Shown: piece by piece, positions 56,176 to 64,000 of the stretch
Numbering within the stretch: the first letter of the stretch is position 1
Layout of the letters: each line of letters starts with the position of its first letter
Assembly (NCBI GenBank): GCA_963822945.1
Contig: CAWGJO010000021.1
Coordinates: 192,001-256,000, forward strand
Direction of reading: 5' to 3'
DNA from: an uncultured Gemmatimonadaceae bacterium
Lineage (GTDB): Bacteria > Gemmatimonadota > Gemmatimonadetes > Gemmatimonadales > Gemmatimonadaceae
DNA: 64,000 bases
Notes under the pieces: model-generated
What the model saw: only the letters and a program-made list of their open reading frames with translations
Databases searched by the model: none
Told to the model about the DNA's origin: nothing
Made by a program: the position numbers and the translations under genes

Positions 56176-59100
56176 CGACGCTTGCCTACCGCTCCCGCGG
56201 ACCGACGTCCAGATTCCGGCACCGCATCGACGTCCAGGCGCTTCATCATCTTGCTGAGACCGTAGCGCGAAAGCCCCAGTAGCTCCGCCGCGCGGGTCTG
56301 ATTGCCGCCGGTGCGCTCCAGGGCCGTCTCCAGCAGCTCCGCTTCGAGAGCGTCCACCCGCGCCTTCAGATTCAGGCCCGTCGCGCGCGGGCCCTTGCCT
56401 TCGCTCTCGCGGATCTCCGGCGATAGATGCTCGAGCCGGATCTCACCGTCGGCCAGCACCAGCGCGCGGCGCAGCTCGTTTTCGAGCTGGCGCACGTTGC
56501 CCGGCCAGCTGGCACCGACCAGAGCGGCCATGGCCGGCTTGGTCACGTCCACCGGTTGCTCCGCGTGCTTGGCGATCAGGTGCGCCACGAGCAGCGGGAT
56601 GTCGCCCGGCCGCTCCCGCAGCGGCGGCACCCGGAGCGCGATCACGTTCAGTCGATACAAGAGATCCTGACGGAAGCGCCCTTGTAGGACCAGCTCTTCC
56701 AGGTCGCGGTTGGTGGCTCCGATCACGCGCACGTTCACCGTGCGGCTGCGCTCCCCACCGACGGCACGCACCTCTCCGTCTTCCAGCACGCGCAACAGCT
56801 TGGTCTGCATGCCCAAGCTCATTTCGCCGATCTCGTCCAAGAACAGCGTGCCGCCGTCGGCCACCTCGAACAGGCCCGCACGCGGCCGCGACGCCCCGGT
56901 GAAGGCGCCCTTCACGTGACCGAACAGCGCGGACTCGAGCAGCCCCTCGGGAATGGCCCCGCAGTTCTCGCTCACGAAGGGCAGGCGCGCACGCGGACCG
57001 TTGCGATGAATGGCGCGTGCGACCAGCTCCTTTCCGCTACCCGACTCGCCGGTGACCAGCACCGGAACGTCGCTCAACGCCACGCGGTCCACGAGCCGGA
57101 GCAGAGCCGTAAGCGGCTCACTTTCACCAATGATATCCGGGTAATCGAAGCGGGTGCCGCGCCCGGAACGGGTCAGCGCCAGCTCGCGCTCGGCGACGTC
57201 CAGCGCGGCCTCCCGTTGGGCCAGCTCCCGCGCCAAGCGCGCTTCGGCGCGACGCGCTCGCCGTGCCGCGCGCCGGAGCAACAGCTGGTCCCGCGCGTCG
57301 GCGATGGCGACAGAGGCCAGCGCAGCGACCAGCCGCACCCACGCTAGCTCCCGCGGACCGAACGCGCCCCGCCGCACGCGGTCGTCGAGATAAGCGACGC
57401 CCAACACCTCGCCGCGCGCCATCAGTGGCACGGCCAGCACGCTGCGCAGCTTGAGCGCATGCACGCTGGCGTGCACGTCGGACATCTCGCCCGCCGCGTC
57501 CACGGCCACGACCGGCTCGCGCCGCTGCGCCGCGCGCTCGGCCAAGCTCTGGCTCAGCGCCAGTTGCTCGCCGGTGAGATCGCGGCGCGCGAGATTTCGA
57601 GCAGCGCGCGGCACCAGACGTCCGCCGGGCGCGCGCAGCAGCAATAGGCCGCGTTCCACGCCGGTCCACAGTACCAACGCGTCGAGCACTTGGTCCAAGA
57701 GCGGGCGTAGGCGATCGCGCGTGCCCAGCGCGTGCACCAGGGCCTCCACGTCGCCGAGTTGTTCCGGCGCCAGCTCGCCGCCGACCGGCGACTCCACCGT
57801 GCGCACCCAGGGCAGCTGCGCCACCGCCGCACGCAGCTCCGGCGGCGCCCGCTCCGCCAGCTCGCGGCCCAGCTCACGCACCAATAGCGCGAAGCGGCGT
57901 ACCGAATCTCCGTCACCGACGCGGGCCGCCAGGGCGCCACCGGCTGCCGCCGCGGGACCACGCACCGTGAGCGGTGCCCGTACCGACGTCAGCTGCGCCA
58001 GCTCCAGCAAGATTTCTTGGGGTCGGCTCGGCGCGGAAGCCCGCGCCTCGACCCAAGCTCGCGCGCCCCACCAGTCCAGGCGAGCGTCCAGGGCGCGGGC
58101 GCCGTCCCGCGCCAGGGTGTCCAGCCGATCGACGTCCACGTCTGCCCCATGACGGAGCAGACGCGCGCCCACGAACAGCTCGTCGTCGGCGCTGGGGTCC
58201 GAGAGCAGCCCTCGCGCCCGCTCCGCGTGCTCGCGCCCTTCGTGCTCCCCCGGGCCAAGGGCGTCGCAAACCGCGAGGTGAGCGTAGGCGCGGCACACGT
58301 CGTCGCCCGCCGCGCGAGCTCGCACCATGGCGTCGGCGGCGGCGTCGCGAGCCTCGACGGCCACACCCGCAGAGGCGTACACGCTGGCGCGAGACAGCGC
58401 GGCTCGCGCCGCGTCGTGCTGTCGTCCCAGGTGCTCGAACAGCAAGATGGCTCGGCTCGACGCGCGGAGCGCGCTGCCCAGCTCGCCCAGGTTCGCCGCC
58501 GCCGCGGCCACGCTGGTGAGATAGGTCGCTTCCTCCAGCACCGCGCCGCAGCGCTCGGCGTGCTCCGCGGCACGAGAAAAGGCCGCGTGGGCGGCCTCGG
58601 CGTCGCCGGCGAAGTGCGCAACGTAGCCGAGCGCCGCTTCCAGCCGCGCGTGCTCTTCGTCGCCCCGCGCCAGCGTCAGGCCCAAGTCGCGCTTGCCGTG
58701 GCGGCAGCGCGATCGTCCGCGCGGAGCTCCGCCAGGGCGCGCGACTCCAGCACCGGAGCCGTGAGCGCGACGTCTGCGAGCAGCGCTCGTGCGGCGGCGG
58801 GGTCCCCCGCGTCCAGCGCGAGGCGTGCGTGAACGGCCGCCGCGCGCGCGCGGACGGCCGGGTCCGTCGGTGTCGATTTCGTCGAGCGCTAGCGCGTGCG
58901 CGCTCGACTTCGCCGGCGCGCCGCAGCCACCTCGGCGCTCTCGACGCGTGCCATGGGCATGTCCAGCTGCTCCAGCACGGCGAGCGCGCGGCCGGCGTCG
59001 CCGCGCAGGCGCAGCGCCTGCGCCAGTGCAAGTCCCAAGGCGCGGGCGCACCGCCGCGGGACACGAGCCGCTCGGCGGCATCGAGAACTGCCGAGGGCGG

Positions 59101-60320
59101 CGCTCCGCGGCCGAGCGCCAGGGCCAACGCCGTGGGCTCCTCGGCACCTCGACGGGGTCGGCGACGCCGCCCAACAGCGCTGCCAGCGTGAAGCTCTCCG
59201 GCTCCAGGCTGTCGGCCAGCGACAAGAGCCGCTCGGCGAGCTCGCTGTCTCCCAGGCCCGGCGGCAACGGCCAGCGGGCGGCCGCCGCCCCGACCAGAGC
59301 CACTAGCCAACGCGACCGACCCAAGGGGCCGAGCTCTTCGAGCGGCGGCAGCTCGCCGCTCAGCGGCTCGCCGCGAAGCGCTGCAACGCTGCGCGCCAGA
59401 CGGACCGCTTCGCTGAGCCACTGCCCACAAACGCCCGTCACTTCGACGCTTTGAGCGCGGTGTCGAGCCGCCGCGGCCAGCTCACGCGCGCGCACCACGA
59501 GATAGGCGCGCTGGACCGCGTGCCGTGCTCGCCGCTGGCGGCGATCGATCGGCTCCAGCTCGCCCAGCTCGCTCATCGCGCGACGGCGCACCCACGCCGC
59601 GCTCGGCCGCGCCGCCGGCGAGGGGGCCAACAGTGCACGCACGATGGGCGCGACCTCGGGAGCCAACGACGAGAGCGCGTCCGCGCGCGCGGGGTCGTCG
59701 GCGCGAGCGATGTCTTCGCTCGCGAGCTCCGCCAGCGTCACACCCAAGGCCCACAGGTCGCGAGCCCGCGCGTCTCCGCCATCGCCGGCGAATACCTCGG
59801 GACCCAGATAGCGACGCGTGCCTCCGCGAGGAACTTGCTCGTCGGCGTCGGTGCCCAATCCCAGATCGACCAGCCGTGCCCGCGGGCCTCGGTCGACGAC
59901 GATGTTCGCGGGCTTGACGTCGCCGTGCGCACTTCCTGCAGCGTGTAGCTCCGCGAGCCCTTCCCCGACGTCTCGAGCTACGACCAGCGCGAGCCGCACG
60001 CGATCGCGGACGGCGCGGACGTCGAGCTCTTTGCCGGGGGCGTAGTCCATGGCCACGTACGCGTGACCCGCCAGGTGAGCGAGCTCGGGCTCGGCCGCGC
60101 CCACCACACCGGCGTCCAGCAGTCGGGGCAGCGCATCGCCCCGCACCAAGAGCAGGCGCTCGGCCTCGTCCGCGAGCCGCGAAGCGTGAGCGGGGTCCGA
60201 CGCGATCTTCAGCGCAGCTCGCGTGCCGTCCTCGGCCTCGGCCAGCCACACTTCGCTGGTGGCACCGCGCCCGATGCGCCGCTTCGCCCGCCAGCGCGCG
60301 CCTGTCAACTTTGGTGCCAT
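56172..60320 (-). CDS. Ser/Thr kinase - TPR-like - GAF - sigma54-interacting AAA+ - Fis HTH fusion (compensating frameshifts ~58700-59120)
   Basis: [45 protein letters not shown]...[64 protein letters not shown]. Confidence 0.9.
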   Translation of the reverse strand: MAPKLTGARWRAKRRIGRGATSEVWLAEAEDGTRAALKIASDPAHASRLADEAERLLLVRGDALPRLLDAGVVGAAEPELAHLAGHAYVAMDYAPGKELDVRAVRDRVRLALVVARDVGEGLAELHAAGSAHGDVKPANIVVDRGPRARLVDLGLGTDADEQVPRGGTRRYLGPEVFAGDGGDARARDLWALGVTLAELASEDIARADDPARADALSSLAPEVAPIVRALLAPSPAARPSAAWVRRRAMSELGELEPIDRRQRRARHAVQRAYLVVRARELAAAARHRAQSVEVTGVCGQWLSEAVRLARSVAALRGEPLSGELPPLEELGPLGRSRWLVALVGAAAARWPLPPGLGDSELAERLLSLADSLEPESFTLAALLGGVADPVEVPRSPRRWPWRSAAERRPRQFSMPPSGSCPAAVRPRLGTCTGAGAAPARRRRPRARRAGAAGHAHGTRRERRGGCGAPAKSSAHALALDEIDTDGPGRPRARGGRSRTPRAGRGGPRRRTSAARRRRAHGSGAGVARPGGAPRGRSRCRHGKRDLGLTLARGDEEHARLEAALGYVAHFAGDAEAAHAAFSRAAEHAERCGAVLEEATYLTSVAAAAANLGELGSALRASSRAILLFEHLGRQHDAARAALSRASVYASAGVAVEARDAAADAMVRARAAGDDVCRAYAHLAVCDALGPGEHEGREHAERARGLLSDPSADDELFVGARLLRHGADVDVDRLDTLARDGARALDARLDWWGARAWVEARASAPSRPQEILLELAQLTSVRAPLTVRGPAAAAGGALAARVGDGDSVRRFALLVRELGRELAERAPPELRAAVAQLPWVRTVESPVGGELAPEQLGDVEALVHALGTRDRLRPLLDQVLDALVLWTGVERGLLLLRAPGGRLVPRAARNLARRDLTGEQLALSQSLAERAAQRREPVVAVDAAGEMSDVHASVHALKLRSVLAVPLMARGEVLGVAYLDDRVRRGAFGPRELAWVRLVAALASVAIADARDQLLLRRAARRARRAEARLARELAQREAALDVAERELALTRSGRGTRFDYPDIIGESEPLTALLRLVDRVALSDVPVLVTGESGSGKELVARAIHRNGPRARLPFVSENCGAIPEGLLESALFGHVKGAFTGASRPRAGLFEVADGGTLFLDEIGEMSLGMQTKLLRVLEDGEVRAVGGERSRTVNVRVIGATNRDLEELVLQGRFRQDLLYRLNVIALRVPPLRERPGDIPLLVAHLIAKHAEQPVDVTKPAMAALVGASWPGNVRQLENELRRALVLADGEIRLEHLSPEIRESEGKGPRATGLNLKARVDALEAELLETALERTGGNQTRAAELLGLSRYGLSKMMKRLDVDAVPESGRRSAGAVGKRR

Positions 60321-60449
60321 CCTACCGCCCCCGGTAACATTCCGTATTCTTGCTTATTTTTTGGGCAACCGTCAACGGAGTTGATGATCGCGATCAGCCC
60401 ACAGCGGGGCTCGGGGCGGTGTCTGGGCGGTTCTGGTACCTTTCCTCGG

Positions 60450-61323
60450 GTGCACAAGGATGTGACTCAAGCGCTGCTTCGGGCGCTCGAAGGCGGCCGG
60501 CGCGCCGCTCTGGCCACGGTGATCCGCACCAGCGGTTCGGCCCCGCAGCAGCCCGGCGCCCGGCTGCTGCTGTTGGCCGACGACACCACCGTGGGCACCG
60601 TCGGAGGCGGCGCCGTGGAGCATGCCGTGCTCGAAGCGCTGCGCGAGTGCAGGAGCAGCGGCAAGCCGGAGCTGCTCAGCTATGAGCTGACTCGCGACTT
60701 GGGAATGTGCTGCGGCGGGCGCATGGAGGTGTTCGTGGAGCCCGTGGAGTCCGTTCAGCGCCTGCTGCTCTTCGGGGCGGGGCACGTGGCGCGGCCAACG
60801 GCCGCCCTGGCCAGGACCGTCGGCTTCGACGTCACGGTCATCGACGACCGAGAAGAGCTCAATACCGAGGAAAGGTTCGGCGGTTGCCAGCGGATGTTGG
60901 CTGAGCCTTCCGAAGCGGCAGCTCGCCTCGCGCCGCGCGCCGAAGACTGGGTCCTGATCGTCACCCACGACCACCGCCTGGACGAGCAGGCCCTCGACAC
61001 CTACACCCGCACTGCCTCACCGGTACATCGGGATGATTGGCAGCCGGCGCAAGGTTTTCCGGGTCATTGCCCGCATCGCCCAGCGCCGAGGACTGCCGGC
61101 TCTGGAGCGGGTCTACGCACCCGTGGGCCTGGACATCGGTGCCGTCAGCCCCGAGGAAATCGCCGTCAGCATCGTGGGAGAGCTGGTCGCGTTGCGGCAC
61201 GAGCACGCCGGTCCGCACCTCTCGGTGGTGCACGATCCGGCCCTGGCCCGGGTGCTCTCGGGCGATCTCGGCGTGGAAGCCGGTGCGCTCACCGCGGGCG
61301 CCACGGACCCAGACGACGCGTGA
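60450..61323 (+). CDS. xdhC: XdhC/CoxI family molybdoenzyme accessory protein (frameshift ~61011)
   Basis: GSAPQQPGA, GTVGGGAVE, GMCCGG, LFGAGHVA, VTHDH..D, YIGMIGSRRK, APVGLDIGAVSPEEIAVSI. Confidence 0.9.
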
Positions 61324-61335
61324 TAGCTTCGAAGG

Positions 61336-63132
61336 GTGCGCAAGCCACCCGGTAACTGGGAGAGCGCCACCGAGCCCGTTCGGCCGGAAGAGGAAGATCC
61401 GGAAGACGGCCCCACGCTTCAAGTCTTCGTGCCCAGCCACGGCCCCGCACGAGTGCTCAGCTACGACAACGACGACCTCGTCGAAACGACGGAGCAGTCG
61501 CTGCCGAGCTTCGACGAGCTCACCGGGTCGGGCTTCTACGAGACCATCACCAAGCCGCGTCCAAAGGACCAAGCGTGGCTCGACGAGACGCGCACCCTGG
61601 AAAAGAACGAGCTGGACGAAGCCCAGACGCTGCGGCGACCGCCAAGCGCTGCCAGCGCTCTCGCCTGCCGCCGCGCTTCGGCTCCGCACCCGCCTGGAGC
61701 CCACCGCTCAAGACCGAGCCATTCCCTTGCTCCCCCCACCGCGAAGCGTGCCGTTCCCGCTGCTCGGAGCGCCCCGCTGCCCCCGCCCGGCGTGCAGCCT
61801 CTCGGCCCGTGCCGCCGGACGATCCCGTCATCGAGATCGCGCCGGAGCTATCGGTCGAACGCAAGGAGCCTCCCTTCCGCAGCGCTCCGCCACCCCTGCG
61901 ATCGAGCCGCCGCTGCGACCGCTCCCGACCGCCCCACCGCCACCGTTCCTGGATCCGCGACGCGTGCCGATGCCGCTCAGACTGGCGGCGGACAAGCACC
62001 GCGCTTTCCGCCGCCGTCGGCGTGTTCGCCACGCTGGCGCTGGTCGGGGTGATCGCAGCGCTGGTGTTCTTGTCACCCACCGCGGCAAAGAGCCTGCGCC
62101 GGCGGCGAGCCGGGCCCGCGAGAGCTGCCACAGCCCCGCCCACTACCGCGCCGGCCGTCGTCAACTGCCGACTGGCGCAGCTGCCCCGGCGACTTTCAGC
62201 GTCCATTGCGCCCGACGTCCCGCCCCAGGTCGCCACGGCGCCGGGCGACAAGATTGCCGTCGGTTTCGCGGCCAGCACCACTGAAGCCGTCGGCTTGATC
62301 GTCACCCTGGAAGACCTGAGCACCGAGACGCGGCTCCGCCGACAAGAGGCGAACCCGCGTGCTGCGGGTGACTCCCCTGCCGCACCGGGCACCGGTCACT
62401 TTCGCCGTGGACGGCCCCGACGCGCGCGTCCAGGGTGCGCGCACCATCGGCGCGCGCACTCCGTTTCGGCTCGGCGCGACGCCGGCGGGCATCGTGCGCG
62501 TGGACGAAGGTCGTGAGCCGAGCGTGGTGTGGCCCGGGCCGCCGGGTACGTTGAGCTTCATCGCGTCGGTGGGGCTCGACGGCTACGGGAACCGCCATCG
62601 CCCTGGCCGCGGAGGCGCGCGCGGAGACATCGTGTTCGGTTGGCTCGCAGAAAACGGCGCGCGCTCCACGGACCTGGGCCGGCTCGACGTCGGCGCTCGC
62701 CGCTTGGGTCCGCCGGCGATGGGGGTGGGCGATGACGGCGTGCTCACCGTGTTCGCCGCCCGGGCGAGGGCGAAGCGTGGTCGCTGTACGCAGCCCTGGC
62801 CAAGCCCGGCAAGCTGCCGCAGACGACGGTTCGCCTCGAGCCCGGCGACGCTCCGGCGAACCGGCAGTGGCCGTCCGTGGTCGCCTTGCCGTCCGGCGGC
62901 TTTCTGCTCTCGCTGGCTGGAGGGCATCGACGGGCAACCTGCGCCTGCGGGCCGGCCGCTGGATCGCAAGCTGCGAGCGTCGGGCCCAATCGTGGAGGTC
63001 GCCAACGACGCCGGGCTGCAGCTCGCCCGGGGCGGCCTGGCCATGCGTCACGGCCGCGTGCTGTCACTGCATACGGTCCGCGGGACGGGGGGCGCCATCG
63101 AGCTGTGGGGCGCGATTTTGACCTGCTCCTGA
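61336..63132 (+). CDS. Hypothetical bitopic membrane protein (acidic/Pro-rich N-terminus, one TM, beta-rich C-terminal domain); several frameshifts
   Basis: Fragments 61336-62052, 61575-62516 (TM AVGVFATLALVGVIAALVFL) and 62359-63132. Confidence 0.5.
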
Positions 63133-63186
63133 ATTGACGTGGGGTCGCCGGACCGGGGTTAGCTCTCGCCCAACTGGGAGGCCCGG

Positions 63187-64000
63187 ATGGTATCGAAGCT
63201 CTTGCCCGCGACTTGCGTTCTCACCCTCACGGCGAATGCCCTGGCCCAGGGAGCGCCCCCGAACCGGAACCCACGCCGCCCCCACCGCCGCCCCCGGCGG
63301 CAGCTCCCGCACCGCCGCCCCCGGCGACCGGACGCAGCCGGCTCCGGCCCAGCCGCCGCAGGCGCAGCCGGCACCCGCGCCGCCACCCGGCGCCTACGGT
63401 CCGCCACCCGGGCAACAGCCGGGCTATGGCCCGCCACCCGGGCAACAGCCTGCGTACGGCTATCCCCCGCCGCCAGCGGAGGAGCGCGTTGGCGTCCACC
63501 AACACGACAGCTTCTATTTGCGCTTCGGTATTGGCGGCGGCTACGCGAGCTTTGATGGCCACACCAGCCCTGCCCGGTGCTCCGACCACGGATGCCACGA
63601 TCAAAGGCGGCGGCGCCACGCTGGAGCTGTTGATCGGCGGAACACCCGCCCCCGGCTTCGTCATCGGTGGCGGCTTCGCGTTCATGAACGTATCGAAGCC
63701 CAAAGTCACCTCGGCAATCGTCGAAGGGGACGCGAAAACGACCTCGGGTTCGGGGTGCTGGGGATCTTCGGCGACTACTACTTCGATGACACCAAGGGCT
63801 TCCACCTGCAGGCCATGATGGGCGCGGCCTCCGCCCAGGTTCAGGACAACACCAGCACCTCCAGCGACAACGCCACGATGAACGGCCTCGGCTTGGCCTT
63901 CGGGCTGGGCTACGATTTCTGGGTCGGTGAGCAGTGGAGCATCGGTCCGGAAGCGCGCGTGATGTGGGCGTCACTGAAGAACAGCAAGAGCGATATCGAC
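63187..64000 (+). CDS. Pro-rich-linker outer-membrane beta-barrel protein, paralog of 32384-33270 (frameshifted; runs off the window end)
   Basis: Signal MVSKLLPATCVLTLTANALA-Q, YGPPPGQQP repeats, HDSFYLRFGIG, LLIGGTPAPGFVIGGG, YDFWVGEQWSIG. Confidence 0.7.

Overview
GC-rich chromosomal window, most consistent with a myxobacterium of the Polyangiaceae/Polyangia type. The evidence is MYXO-CTERM-like tails, Gly-rich lipoproteins, and multidomain Ser/Thr kinases including a kinase-TPR-GAF-sigma54 fusion. Housekeeping genes present: thiC with a TPP riboswitch, lgt, dapA-dapB, rsmB, rseP, secA, xdhC, SMUG1, an amidase and a thioesterase. They are mixed with many surface or secreted proteins, a GldA/F/G-like ABC + DUF4340 operon, three Ser/Thr kinases, tandem pcm paralogs and an orphan Dam-family methylase. 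About 20 genes, including secA and dapA, are broken by small indels. These are best read as long-read consensus errors, and I re-joined the genes by eye. I saw no tRNA, rRNA, CRISPR array, transposase, integrase or reverse transcriptase. Most notable unexplained signals: (1) a ~24-bp intergenic motif (gattt(t)gttggtccggcgcggaacc) in six copies; (2) a composite non-coding region at 9675-9897 with that motif, a 4x19-bp tandem array and a 98-bp GTAG-ended inverted-repeat element; (3) two tandem isoaspartyl methyltransferases that both carry lipoprotein-like signal peptides; (4) an orphan DNA adenine methylase translationally coupled to a kinase-sigma54 activator; (5) a double-hairpin candidate ncRNA at 3128-3276. 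All product calls rest on motif recognition by eye; no database search was run.
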